Assembly (NCBI RefSeq): GCF_009914755.1
Contig: NC_060947.1
Source: the human T2T-CHM13v2.0 reference genome, Homo sapiens
DNA: 64,000 bases
Strand: one strand, 5' to 3'
Shown piece after piece: positions 1 to 16,975 of this stretch. Position 1 is the first letter of the stretch. Each line of letters opens with the position of its first letter. Below the pieces are notes generated by a model. That model ran no database searches. It had not been told where the DNA came from and was given only the letters and a program-made list of their open reading frames with translations. Made by a program: the position numbers and the translations under genes.

Positions 1-130
1 TATTGGAAGCTCTGGTAAATTTGTGCTGGGGACTAGGATGCTAGGCTTGCCTGTCTTCAGGCCTCAGGAGTGTCAGTGGTGGGTTGAGTGTGCCTATTCT
101 TATGGCCCAGGGTAGTTCACGTTGACCTCA

Positions 131-2824
<2,694 letters not shown>

Positions 2825-3742
2825 CTCCAGTATGGCAGTTATCAGCAAAAAGATTCTTGTACCTACAGGTAGCTTGCTCAGATGCTGAGGGTGGCAGCAG
2901 TGGGATGTGCAGGTGAGCAGTTTCTTGAGCCTCTAGACAACCATCATGGCATGGATGATGGCGGTAGCTTTCATGGAATGGTTCTCTGGGTCCCAAGATG
3001 TGTGCATTAGTGTTGGCAGTGGCTTGCAATGGGCTTAGTGTGTCCAGACTGCATGTGGTTCTTTCAGGGATGTGCCGGCTGACAGGGTAGCATCCAGAAG
3101 TTTAGGGCCAACCTCATGCTCCTGGGAAGAGTGCTCAGGGGCCCAAGTGGTGGACTAGGTTGTGCAATCCCCAAGACCCTTGACTGTGTTCTTTGTCTTG
3201 GATGGGTAGCAAAACCCGACTGGGTAGGCTTGTGCTCAGGCCCCCTAATGGTGAGAGCAGTTGGCAATGGTGGGTGAGGTTGGGGTGGTCTTCAAGGCCA
3301 GGTGGAGCACTTATTTGAGGGATTGTGCCAGCCACACTGAGGCCCTTCCACTGGAGAGGTTGGGGCACATCTTGGTTGCCACAGCCTGGGCTGGAGGATG
3401 GCGCACATATGTCGCTCTCATGTCCCATTCTAGGTGGGGCTTACCCCTAGCCCTTGTGTAAGTAGCTTGCACGTAACTCACGCCTCATCCCTGGCTGCAG
3501 TATTTCCCTCCCAGCTGATGGCTAAGTGGCTACTCACCCCATGCTTATGGCCCTTCTAGTCCTGGTGGCATTCACTTGCTAGCATTAACAACCACAGCCT
3601 ATGCTTCAATTGCATCACAGCCACAGCTGTGGCAGCACTCCCAGCTTCTGCCCCAGTCTTAGCAGCAACAGCTTGAATTTTTCTAGTTCCTCAGTTCCAG
3701 CATTGCTGGGTTCCAGTATAGCCTTAAGTCTGCCAAAGGCTA

Positions 3743-4081
<339 letters not shown>

Positions 4082-4679
4082 TTAATTCTCAAAAAGGGTG
4101 TGGAGCTTAGTGCTCCCATAGCCTGTAAAGCAGTTCTGTCCCATAAGAGTGTTGATGGTTTCTCTGGTGGCCAGGTTTGCATGGGTCCATGCTGGACATG
4201 TGGGCTGCTGAACCTCTCTCACCCTTTCCTCACACTGGGAAGTCACTCCCACCTTCCAGCTGATCCTGGCCAAGCTGCCTGCCTCTCTTCCATCTTCTTC
4301 CTTGCTTTTGGTGTTTCCTGCCACTTTTATGTTGAATTAACATGTTCTCTCTTGGAGAATGTATTCCAAGAGTGCTTGTCTATAGTCTATCTTGGTTCTT
4401 CTAAGTGGAGGAAGCAGGCACACAATGCTTCCAGTCAGCCATTTTGAAGTCCCTGCATTATCATGTCTGCCAAGAATAAGTAACCTGAGTCTTGTCATGA
4501 TTAAGCATTGGATAAACTTACTTACTTACTTAGATCAAAAGACATCTTGCAATGTTTAAGATTTAACACTTGAAACCTTAAATACTCTCAAGCTATTGAG
4601 AAACTATGTCAGACTGACTATTTCAGATAAAATAAATCCAACAGGATGTAACAATTAAAGATATTGTAAAATATTAGCT

Positions 4680-5130
4680 TATATTCTGGATCAAAAAGTA
4701 AAAAAGACATTGTTAGGCAGTTGGTAAAATCTGAATGAGGTCTGCATATTTTTGAGAGTGTAGCATCATTTTTAATGTTTTAATTCAGATGATTGTAGTG
4801 GGGTATGTTAGAGAGTCCCTTTATTTTGGGCAAATGCACTAAAATTTTTAGTGGATGCTACTTATTCTCAAATTATTCAGAGAACACTTATGTGTGTATG
4901 TAAATACAACATATATGCATCCTGAGAGAAGAGGGATGATAAGAAGAGAGAGAGGGAGGGAGGAAGAGACAGGGAGGAAGAGAAACAGAGAAGTGTAGGG
5001 AAAAAGAAAGAGTAAAAATATGATAAAGTGTTAAAAAATTAGAGGAACTGAACAAATTTGGGTGAAGGGTATATAGGACTTTTTGTACTGGTCTTGCAAC
5101 ATTTCTTTAATTTTAAAATTAAATATTAAG
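4680..5130 (+). mobile_element. Ancient L1 3' end fragments (L1MC/L1ME-like)
   Basis: gggtgaagggtatataggactttttgtactggtcttgcaacatttct resembles old L1M 3' termini. Confidence 0.55.
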
Positions 5131-5189
5131 AGATAAAGTGCCTATCTTGTAGACAGCATGGTGTGATTTTTGTAGTGAGTTTCAGCAAT

Positions 5190-5738
5190 TTGGGGATTGA
5201 TCAAAAAGGAAAACATATGATCACCAGAGGTAGGTAGTAACACACAATAAGCTTTTATTAGATGGCACTTAGAGTTTCATGAGAAGGGAAGTCTCTTAGA
5301 GAATGGCCATACAGAGGCTAAGGCACAGGGGGCATTATACAAAAGGGGAGGAGGGCAAGATAACTTTTAAGTGGGGAAAGAGGGATCAAAGAGCGTACTT
5401 AAGTATCTAGGTAATGTCTGTCAGCAGCACAGTGGAGATTCTATGAATTAGAGAGCTCTGAAGGGTTATGGCAGCTTGGAGTCTCATAATTATAAGGTGC
5501 TATCTTAACAGGCAACAGCTGTTAGGTGAGACTTTTTTTGCAGGATATGCAAAGTAGGAAGGCCCTAAATGGCTAAAAAATCTGTGTGTTTGGGTTATTT
5601 TTAAAATAATAGAATGTGTAAAAATTTGAGTTTGTCAGGAGTTGTCTTTTGAGCTAAAACAGGTCTCAGCCTGCTGTAGAGAAATAAACAACCTAGGGGC
5701 CAAAATATGGTGTCCATGTTTAGTTCAATTATATAACA
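5190..5738 (-). mobile_element. Probable ancient solo LTR (family not resolved)
   Basis: Ends in tataaca (TG terminus on the - strand). ttttatt near 5253 gives a poly(A) signal on the - strand. Composition differs from the flanks. Confidence 0.4.
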
Positions 5739-6469
5739 GGTGTTTCCTTTATTACAATATTTTCCTTTAATTAGCTTGCTTAATTGTTCTGAGCTTAATG
5801 TAATTATCGATCAGCATGGGTTTAAATCTAACAAACAATTTGCAATTATTTATGGTTATCTTTTTAAAATTTTCTCCTTTTCTGCCATATTTTGGGTTAA
5901 TCAAATATATTAAATATTCGATTTTAATTACTCTATTGCATGTTTAACTAGAACTCATTTATTTCAAGTGTTTTGTTTTTCTACAGATTACGGTAGGTAT
6001 ACTTATATCACAGTCTACTTAGAGCTCATATTGTTAAAATTCATATAAGTGGAAGAACGTTAGAACAGAAAAAATCAATTTCCCCGATTTTGGGGGCTAT
6101 TATTTTAATATATTTTACATTTGCGCATGCAGTGAACTCCATAATATAAGGTTATTATTTTTGCTTTGAATAATTGGTTGTCTTTCAAAGGGGAAAAATT
6201 AAGGAATGCCTTTCCTGTTTGCTTACATATTTACCTTTCCTAGTGATTGATTGTCATTGCTTCCTGTATAACCTAGTTAGTTACTATCTGGTTTCATTTT
6301 AAAGAAAGACACACCATGAATCATCTAAAACACTTCATAGGGCCTTTTTCTGAGCAGTCCTCTTTATCCAGTACCCTAATAATTTTTGTAAATATCCATC
6401 TTCAACATTAGTTTCTAGAACTATGAGCATTTGTAATATATTTTAAAGAATGTTCTATAGAGATGATGC

Positions 6470-6685
6470 TGGGATCAGGGAGACTTCGGTTTGAAGACTG
6501 GTTCTGCCATTTTATTGCTATGTGATTTTGGTCAATTTACTTTATGCTGTCAAATCCCTGTTGCCTCATCTGATATATAGGAATAATCACATGTATCTCT
6601 TAGAGTTCTGTGACAATTCCAAATGCATTAATATGTCTAAGACAGTGCCTGACATAGAATAGTGTTCAATAATTAGTAGTAATGA
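6470..6685 (+). mobile_element. MIR SINE
   Basis: MIR core-like tctgccatt..tgtgattttgg..cctcatctg and 3' acagtgcctgacatag..tcaataa. Confidence 0.75.
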
Positions 6686-6890
6686 TTACAGTATTGGGAG
6701 TGACATCACTAGTACTCATAATTTTGACAAATAACTTTACAGTTCTTAACCACAAACTGTAAAAATATTAAATCTCTTGTTTCTCATAATATGCAAATTA
6801 AATTTGATAACTTTAAAATTTCTGCCTCTCAATGTAGCTTCTCTTCAAAAAGCAGAAATTATCAACAACTCCCTTAATTACCTTAAACTG

Positions 6891-7259
6891 TGTATTAGGT
6901 TGTTCTCACACTGCTATGAAGAACTTACCAAGACTGGATAATTTAAAAAGAAAAGAGGTTTATTTGAGTGAAAGTGCCACATGGCTGGGCAGGCCTCAGG
7001 AAACTTACAGTCATGGAGGAAGGGGAAGCAAACACGTTATTCTTCACAAGGCAGCAGGAGCGAGAAGTGCCGAGCAAATGGGGAAAACCCCTTTCTAAAA
7101 TAATCAGATCTTGTGAGAACTCATTCACTATCATGGGAGCAGCATTGGGGTAACTGCTCCCATGATTTTATTAACTCCCACTTGGTTCCTCCCATGACAC
7201 GTGGGGATTATGAAAACTACAATATGAGATTTGCATGAGAACACAGCCAAACCATATCA
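6891..7259 (-). mobile_element. THE1-family solo LTR
   Basis: tgtattag...cagccaaaccatatca termini. Perfect 5-bp TSD AACTG (6886-6890 / 7260-7264). Confidence 0.92.
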
Positions 7260-9024
7260 AACTGCATACACAGGTAAACACTTCTATGCTTGGAATTTGG
7301 CCATGTCTGTTTGTTTCTTAAATTTTAAAATATCTTTGGTATTTAGGCTTAGTTCACACTTCAGATTCATTCAGAAGGCATTAGATAAAAATATGAGGGG
7401 TATAAAGTAAATACTTTGTGATTTGAAATATTCTATATGCACAAAAACCACTTAGTGATATTGGTGAAGATATAAAGAATTGCTTGAGGTAAATTAATAA
7501 TCCTATGATCTGTTGTTTAAAAATAATTAAGGTAGATGATTTTTGTTTGTTTGATAACTAACAACCCTCACAAAACATGAAGTAAGTATTTTACCAAATT
7601 TAATATTGATTTTGAATCTAAATATATTTGGCTGTGACCTTAATATCTCTGGTTATGTGTTCCTTCATTAGAAAAGATAGTTTTAACTTTATACTTAAGA
7701 AAATATATAGTTTGAATGTATATAACTTTATATTTATTTTGTAGAATTCTCTCATGAAAATTATAGAAATATTAGCTGAAATAATAATCAATCTATGTTA
7801 TCTTATAAGTAAGTCTAATGTCTTTCTTTTGGTGTATGATTTACAGGATAGTTTCTGGATAGAGAACATATATTTTCTCCTTTGCCATATTTCGTATAAT
7901 AACTTATGAAGTTTGAGCTGAAATTGTTTTGCTCTTTTTATTAAGGTATATTTATCATGAAAATATAAATCTGTCAGTCTATTACTTTGAACTATTTCAT
8001 AGTCACTCTTTTCACAATTCCATACTCATGATCTGAAATACACGTTATGTACCACACTACGAATTTCATGTGACACCCTTTGAAACCACTACTAAATTTT
8101 CATAAAGTATACAGAGCCAGATAGCATGAGAAAAAGCGTGCCTGAATAAAACTTGAATGCATTTTGGAAAGGAGGGGCAGTAAAACAATGACCTGGAGTA
8201 GAACTTTATAAATAAATTAATTCTCCAGTATTTATAGTTATGTATCATATTAATGTGAATCTTCTTACAATTATTACTGCAGTATTGATTTGTAGTCAAT
8301 AAACACGACTTAGGGAGAAGGACACCTTTATAAAAATAGCTCAGTTAAAAATCTCTGGGTTAATGATAGTCATTTATGTGAAAGTGCAATAAATACAATT
8401 TTTTAAAAAATTTACACACATATTTTAAGTGATTACTTGAGTTGTTTCTTCCGTGATTGTTTTGAGCTTTCAGGAGTTTTCAAGAGTAATATGGATAATG
8501 GATATTTTCTGTTGAGAGCAGAGGATGTTATAACTCATTTCTTGAATTACTTGATGCCTAACACAGTGTCTTCAATTTGATTGCTAGGTTCCGGAAACTA
8601 CTCCCTGATAAACTGAGACTCAAGCAACCTCCAATGTTGGTGGCTTTTGCCTTTGCAGATTTAATCCTTAACTCACAACTGAACTTAGCCTGAGGTCTGT
8701 GCTGTATTTTCACACTACGCACAGTCATAAACACATCGTTTCTCTCAGGCCACCGGCATATCATTTAGTACTTTCTGACTATGGAGTCTTAGCTGATATC
8801 TTCATTGACTGACAACTAATACTAGTGTTAGCATTAAATTAATTAGTTGTAGAAAACTCAAAAATTCTAAAGAGGTATCTTCAAGTTCAAGTGAAATTCT
8901 GTTCATTGTATACATCTTGGTAACTCTGTGTAAACTGTACACATTCACTATGGTAATTCACTATTGGAAACTAAATAGGGTACTTTTCTAAAACCTGACA
9001 ATAATTTAGTACTGGGCACTGCAT

Positions 9025-9535
9025 TTTATTCTACCATTTGCAACAATATAGATGGACCTGAAAGACATTATACTGAGTAAAATAACTCAGCCACAAAAGG
9101 ACAAATACTGAACGATTCCTTTTATATGAGGCATCTAAAATAGCTAAAGTTACAAAGGTAAACAATAGAATAATGGTTACCGGAAGCTGGGGGTAGGGGG
9201 ATAGGGAGAGTTCTTCAATGGGTATAAAGTTACAGTAATACAAGATGAATAAATTCCAGAAATCTGCTGTACTACATAGTGCTTATAATTAACATAAGGT
9301 ATTGTGTACTTAAAAATTTGTGAGAAGGGTGGATCTCAAGTGCTCTTGCCACAAAAACAAAAATAAAAAAAGGAACACAAGGAAAGAGGTTATGCATATG
9401 TTTGTTAGCTTCCTTGTGGTGATGGCAGCTCAAGTGTATAAATATGTCAAAACTTACTTACCAAATTGAATCCATTAACTATGTGGAGTTTTTCTGTATA
9501 CCAACTATATCGCAATAAACCTGGGAAAAAATAAA
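9025..9535 (+). mobile_element. L1MA/L1MB-type 3' end
   Basis: ccatttgcaacaatatagatggacctg..aggacaaatactg 3'UTR motifs, ending in aataaa and an A-rich tail. Confidence 0.8.
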
Positions 9536-9631
9536 TCAGACATTTCAGTAGCTGATCTACTGATTTTCAAAGACTGTACTATAATAATTAACATAAACAT
9601 TTAAATATTTTAGCTGACATTTTAAATGTTT

Positions 9632-9725
9632 CGCAAAACATTCCATGCTCATGGATAGGAAAAATCAATATTGTTAACCTGGTAATACTGCCCGAAGCAA
9701 TTTATAGATTCAGTGCTATTTCTAT
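9632..9725 (+). mobile_element. Short L1 ORF2 fragment
   Basis: acattccatgctcatggatagga..atactgccc.aagcaatttatagattca, homologous to 37306-37390. Confidence 0.8.
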
Positions 9726-10461
9726 TTTTTTCTTCAATTTTTAAAAGTTTTGGGTAAATGAGCAGGATGTGCAGATTTGTTACATGGGTAAACATGTGCC
9801 ATCGTGGTTTGCTGCACAGATCATCTCATGAAATAGGTGTTAAGCCCAGCATCCATTAGCTATTCTTCATGATGCTCTCCCTCCCCCAAACGCCAACCCT
9901 CTGAGACTCCAGTTTGTGTTGTTCCCCTTGCCACCCTGTGTCCATGTGTTGTCATTATTCAGCTCTCACTTATAAGTAAGAACATGTGGTGTTTGGTTTT
10001 CTGTTCCAGCATAGTTTGCCGAGGATAATGGCTTCCACCTACATCCATGTCCCTGCAAAGGACATGATCTCAATCTTTCTTCTGGCTGCATCGTTTCCCA
10101 TAGTGTACATGTACCACATGTTCTTTATCCAGTCTATTACTGTACATGTACCACATGTTCTTTACCCAGTCTATTATTGATGGGCACTTAAGTTGATTCC
10201 ACGTCTTTGCCCTTGTGAATAGTGCTGCAATGAACATACGTGTGCAGGTATCTTTATAACAGAATAATTTATATTTTGGGGGGTATATACCCAGTAATGG
10301 GATTGCTGGGTCAAATAGTATTTCTGCCCCTAGGTCATTGAGGAATCACCACACTGTCATTTACAATGGTTGCACTAATTTACAATCCCACTCACAGCGT
10401 AGAAGTGTTTCTTTTTCTCTGCGATCTTGCCAGCATATATCGATTTTTGACTTCTTAGTAA
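9726..10461 (-). mobile_element. L1PA 3' end (about L1PA8-10 age), cut by an LTR at 10462
   Basis: T-rich tail followed by gcaggatgtgcagatttgttacatgggtaaacatgtgcc..tgctgcacagatcatc. Confidence 0.88.
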
Positions 10462-10897
10462 TGATATAGGAGTTAAGAAGGAATTACTTAAGCAGATAGC
10501 AAGGGCATGGGAGTTCTTGGTAAGGCTTTCCTTTTTAATGAAAAGCAGCCCCATATTATTTTCCTTTCTAACGAAGAGCAGCCTGTGAAATCGAGCTGCA
10601 GACATAGATACTGGCAGTTGTGCCAATCATGTTCAAGATAGTGGCTCCATCTTCCCTCTCTTTGTAGGCCATGTGTACAGTAAGAAGCAGACAAGACTGC
10701 ACTGATCCTAAAGCTCATTTGCATAATAAGATTAGGGTGGGGTGACCAGCCTTCCCCCACAAACTATGTAGATGTCATACCTGATCAAATCCATCCAGCC
10801 TGCCTATAAAATCTGCTGCGGTCTGCCACCTCCCCCCTTTTATCAGAGATCTCTCTCTCACAAACAAAAAAAGCTGCTCTCCACTCTCCTTTCTCCT
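10462..10897 (+). mobile_element. ERV1-class LTR (MER50/LTR25-like), 3'-truncated
   Basis: Starts tgatataggagttaagaaggaattactta. Contains an octamer atttgcat and a TATA-like ctataaaa. Ends abruptly into L1 5'UTR. Confidence 0.75.
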
Positions 10898-13800
10898 GGA
10901 TAACAACAATTCTAGACACATTCTGAGCCAGAAGAGAATCCACTGCCCTGAAGGAAAGAACCCAGTCCAAGGAGGATACATCACTGGATGACAAAGACCC
11001 CTTAAGTTCTAAATAACCAGCAACAACATCCAGATTGTACATCATGCACCTTAGGTGACACTCTGACAATAGCTACAATCAAGTGAGACTCAGAACTTTG
11101 TCAGCTGTGGTGGCTATGAGAAAAGATGTCTTCTGCTTGGGAAAAGTAATGGGGAAAGTAAAGGGGATTTTTTTCTTGCACCTTAGATACCACCTGAGCC
11201 ACAGGGTGGTAGAGAACCAAATGGGCTTTTGAGGTCCAGGACATGGCTCTTGGACAGCATTTCTAGACCTGCCCTGGGTCAGAGGGAAGCCCAAACTGCT
11301 GAAAGGTGAGTCCCAATCATTGGGTGGTGGTGGTGGTGGTAGCCAAAGGATGAGGTCTATCTGCCTTTGGGAAGGGGGAAGAATAGTGGGAAGAACTATG
11401 TCTTGTAGATTGAGTGCCAGCTTAGCCGTATTACAAAAGAGTATCAGGTAGATTTCTAAAAATTATGACTCTAGTCCCTCTCTCTGAGATGGCAGCTCTG
11501 GATACATCCAGAACCTCAGAAAACACATGAACCTAAATGGCAGGGCACGTTGTCTCTGCCACGGGCTTATTGTAGAGACCCAGGGCCTTGAGACAACATA
11601 GGCCATAAACAGGGAGTGGTTACAGCAGGCCTTGGATGAGACTCAGTGCTGTGCTGGCTTCAGGTCTGACCCAGCACAGTTATACTGGTAGTGGCCACAG
11701 CAGTGCTTGTGTCACTCCATCCCCATATCCAGGTGGCTCAGAACAGAGAGAGTGACTTCATTTGGAAGAAAGTAAGAAAACAACAACAACAAACACAAGA
11801 GTCTCTTCTTTGTAATCCAGAGAATTCTTTTAGGTCTTGTCCAAGAACATCAAGGTGGTACCTCTACAAGTCTGCAAAAACCACAGTGTTACTGAGCTTG
11901 GAGTGCACCCTAAAGTAGATACAGCTTAGAAAACAGCAACCAATACATTTTAAATATCTGGAAAGTTTTCAAAAAAGTGGGTACCAACAAGCCCAGAGAG
12001 TGAAGATTACAATAAATACCTAACTCTTCAATTCCCAGACGCTGAAGAACATCTACAAGCCATCCAGAACAACATGACCTCACCAAATAAACTAAATAAG
12101 GCAGGAGTACAATTCTGGAGAAACAGAGACATGTGATCATTCAGAAATAGAATTTAAAATAACTATTCTGAAGAAACTCACTCAAAGAAATTCAACACAA
12201 CGTGAAGAAATAAATCACGATTCTATCAGAAGAAATAAAGTTAGTTAGAGAACACCAAGCTGATTTAACCCAAAGAAGACTACCTCAAGGCATTTCATTA
12301 TCAAACATTTCAAAGTCAAAGACAAATAAAGGATTATAAAAACAGCAAGAGAAAAGAAACAAATAACATACAATGGAGCTCAAATACATCCGGGAGCAGA
12401 CTTTTCAGTGAAAATCTTACAGGTCATGAGAGCATGGCATGACGTATTTAAAATGATAAAGGAAGAAAACTTTTACTCCAAAATAGGATATCTGGTGAAA
12501 ATATGCTTCAAACATAAATGAGAACCTTAAGACTTTCCCAGATGAATGAAAGCTGACGGATTTCACGAATACCAGACCTATCCTACAAGAAATGCTAAAG
12601 AGAGTATTTTGATCATAAAGGAAATGACATTAATGAGTAATAACAAATCACATGGAGGTATAAAACTCACTGCTAATAGTAAGTACATAGAAAAACACAG
12701 ATTGTAACACTGTAACTGATGTCTTTAAACAACTCAAGTAGAAAGAATAAAAACAAACCAATCAAATATAACAAATATGAGAAATATTTAAGACATAGTC
12801 AATTCAATAAGACATGGATAGAAACAAGAGAATATTAAATAGTGGAATGCACTCAAGTTGTAACATTCTTATTAGTTCTATTTTTGCTGGTTTGATTGTT
12901 TTATGCAAACAGTGTTATTTTGTTATAAGCTTAAAATAATGAATTATAAGATAGATAGCATTTGCAAGCCTTGTGGTAACCTCAAACAAAAAAAAAAAAC
13001 CATAAAACGTAAACAAAAAAAGCAAAATTTAAATCACGTTACAAAAGAAAATTGTCTTCACTAAAAGAAAGACAGTAAGAAAAAAAAGTAAGAGAAGACC
13101 ACAAACAACCAGAAATAAAATAAAATGATAGGAGTAAGTAAGTCATCACTTTTCAATAAAATCATTGAATGTAAATGGACTATACATGTATAAATAAATT
13201 CAATATACAAATGCAATGATTTTCAATAAAAACATTGAATGTAAATGGACTATATAATTCCCAATCAGAAGACTTAGAGTGGCTGAATGGAGCAAAAAAC
13301 AAGACGCAATGTTATTTTGCCTACAAGAAACATACTTCACCTAAAAATATACCTATACACTTAAAATAAACTGAGGACAAAAAATATTGTATGCCAATGG
13401 AAACCAAAACAGAGAAGGAGGAGCTGCACTTACATCAGACAAAATAGATTTTAAGAAAAAAAACTGTAAAAAGAGACAAAGAAAGTTATGATATAATGAT
13501 AAAAGTGTAAATTCAGCAAAAGAATATAATGATTGTAAATATATGTACACCCAGCAATTGAACACCCAGATATATAAAGCAAATATTATTAGCACTAAAG
13601 AGAGAGCTAGACCCCAACAAAATATCTTGAGACTTCAACATCCCAGTCTCAACATTAAACAGATCTTCCAGACAGAAAATAAACAAGAAAACACTAGACT
13701 TAATTTTCACTATACCAAATGGATTTAATAGGTATAAACAGAACATTTCATCCAACAGCTGCAGAATACACATTCTTTTCTGCAGTACATGATCATTTTT

Positions 13801-16800
13801 AAGGCTAGCCTATCTTAGGCCACAAAACAAGACTTAAAACATTCAGAAAAATTGAAATAATATCATGTATCTCCTTTGAACACAATAGAATAATGCTAAA
13901 AATAAGTAACAAGAGGAATTCTGGAAACTATACAATTACATGGAGATTAAACAACATCCTCCAGAATGACAAGTGGGTCAATGAAGAAATTAAGAAAGAA
14001 ATTTAAAAATATCTTCAAAGAAACAATAATGAAAACACAACATATGAATACATACAGAATACAGCAAAACCAGGACTAAAAAAAGTATAGCTATAAGTGC
14101 CTACATAAAAAAAATCTTCAAATAAATAACCTAATAATGCAAAGAAACTAAAATGTGTTTTTTTGAAAAGTTTTAAACAAAATAGACAAACCTTTAGCCA
14201 GAGTAACTAAGTAAAAAGTAGCGAAGACCCAAATAAATTAAATCAGAGATAAAAAAGGAAACATGAAAACCGATACCACATAAATTAAAAAGGATAATTA
14301 ATGGCTAATCTGAGCAACTCTATGCCAGTAAATTAGAAAATCTAGAGGAAACTGATGAATTCTTAGACAAATACAATCTACCAAGTTTGAGCCGTGAAGA
14401 AATCCAAAACTTGAACAGACCAATAACAAGTAACAAGATCAAAGCTGTAATAAAAGTCTACGAGTATAGACAGGCCCAGAAACCAGTGGTTTCACTGTTG
14501 GATTCTATCAAGCATTTAAAGAAGAATTAATTCAAATTCTATTCACATTATCTGGAAAAACAGAGTAGGAAAGAATACTTGTAAACTCATTCTATGAGGA
14601 CAGCATTACCCTGATACCAAAGTCGGACAAAGACACATGAAATAATAATTAAAAAAATTACAGACCAATATTTCAAATGACTATCGATGTAAAAATATTC
14701 AACAAAATACTAGCACACAAAATTCAACAATACATTAAAAATACTATTCATTATGATCAAGCGGGGTTCATCCCAAGGATGCAAGGACAGTTGAACATAT
14801 GCAAACCAATAAATGTTATACATAATATCAAGAGAATAAAGGACAAAATCCATATTATCATTTCAATTAATTCTGAGTAGGCATTTGATGAAATTCAACA
14901 TTTTTCATGATTAAAATAACCTCAAAGAACTGGGTATAGAGGAAGCATAACTCAACATAATGAAAGCCACATATGACAGAACCACAAGTAGTATCATATT
15001 GAGTGGGGAAACACTGAAAGCCTTTTCTCTAAAACCTGAAATGTGACAAGAATGCCCACTGTCACCAGTATTATTTGACATGTATTAAAGGTCCCAGTTA
15101 AAGCAATCAGACAAAAGATAGAAATACAGGGCATCCAAATTAAAAATAAATAAGTCAAATTATCCTTGTTTACAGATAATATAATCTTATATTTGAAAAA
15201 ATTGAAAGGGACACAAAAAATCAAAAGATATTCCATATTCATTGATTGGAAGTATCATTATTGTCAAAATGTCTATACAATCTAAAGCAATCTACAGATT
15301 CAATGCAATTCCTATCAAAATACCATGGCATTCTTCACAGAAATAGAAAAAATAAACTATGCTAAAATGTATATGGAGACACAAAAGACTCAGAATAGTC
15401 AAAGCTCTCTTAAGCAAAAATAACAAAACTGGAGGATTCACATTATCTGACTTCAAATTATATTACAGAGATATAGTAACCAAAACGGTATGGTAATTGG
15501 CAAAAAAAATGGATACATAAACCACTGGAACAAAATAGAGAACCCAGAAATAAATCCAAACATCTACAGTGAACTCATTTTCTACAAGTTTCAAGAACAT
15601 ACTTTGGGGAAAGAACAGTCTCTTCAATAAATGATGCTGGGAAACCTGGATATTCACATGCAAAATAGTAAATATATACCCATATCTCTCACTATATAAA
15701 AAATCAAATCAAAATAGATTAAAGACTAAAATTTAAGACCTCAAAGTATAAAATGACCAAAAGAAAACCTTGGGGAAACTCTTCAGGACACTGGAGTGGG
15801 CAAAGACTTCTTGAGCCCACAGGCACAGACAAGCAAAGTAAAAATGAACAAATATGATCACATCAAGTTAAAAAGCTTCCACACAGCAAAGATAACAATC
15901 AACAATTTAAAGAGACAACCCACAAAATAAGAGTAAATGTTTGCAAACTCTTTATCTGACAGGGGATTAATAAACAGAATATACGAAGAGTTCAAACAAC
16001 TTTTTAGGAAAATTTTAATAATCTTATTAAAAATGGGCAAAAAAGCTGAATAGATATTTCTCAGAAGAAGACATACAAATGTCAGTTTTATGAAATTGTG
16101 CTGAACATCATTGTTCATGAGAGTATTGCAAACAAAGCTACAAAGAGACATCATCTCATCCCTGTTAAAATTGGTTTTATTTAAAAGACAGGCAATAACA
16201 AATGCTGGTGAGAATGTGGAGAAAAGGGAACCCCCTTACACTGCTGGTAGGAATGTATTTTAGTACAACCACTAAGGAAAACAGTTGGAGGTTCCTCCAA
16301 AAACCAAAGATAGAGCTACTATACAATCGAGCAACTTACTACAGGGTATATACCCTCCAAAAGTGAAATCAGTATATTGAAGATATATCTTCACTCCCAT
16401 GTTAATTGCAGCACTGTTCATAATAGCTAAGATTTGAAAGCAACCTAAGTGTGCATCAACAGCAGAATGGATAAGGAAAATGTAATACATTACACAGTGG
16501 ACTACTATTCAGCTGTAAAAAGAATGAGATCTTTTCATTTGCAAAAATATAGATGGAATTGGAGGTAAACCAGGCACAGAAAGATAAACATTGCATATTC
16601 TCACTTATTTGTAGGATCTAAAAATTGAAACAATTGAACTCATAGAGATAGAGAGTAGAAGAGTAGTGACTGGGTGAGGAGGAGTAGGAATTATTAAGAG
16701 GTAAAAAAAGTAGTTAGAAAGTACGATTAAGACCTAATATTTGGTAGAACTGGGTGACTATAGTAAAATAATTTAATTGTACAGTTTGAAATAATTATGA

Positions 16801-16975
16801 GTATAATTGGATTGTTCAAAACACAAAGAATAAATGTTTGAGGTTATAGATACTGTATTAATGTATTAACCCTGATGTGATTTTACACATTATATTTCTG
16901 TATCAAAATAGCTTATGTAACTAATAAATATATACCCCTACTATGTACATACAATATTTAATAATGTAAAAATTC
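10898..16975 (+). mobile_element. Near full-length decayed L1MA (L1MA2/3-like): partial 5'UTR, ORF1 and ORF2 remnants, 3'UTR
   Basis: ORF track 13543 (EN-like) and 14677 (RT-like, [20 protein letters not shown]). Many stops and frameshifts. L1MA-type 3' end. Confidence 0.93.

Noticed and set aside
9632-10461. Twin-priming inversion for the adjacent + and - L1 pieces
   Set aside because: The + fragment abuts the poly(A) end of the - element, not its 5' end. This fits insertion into a pre-existing fragment.
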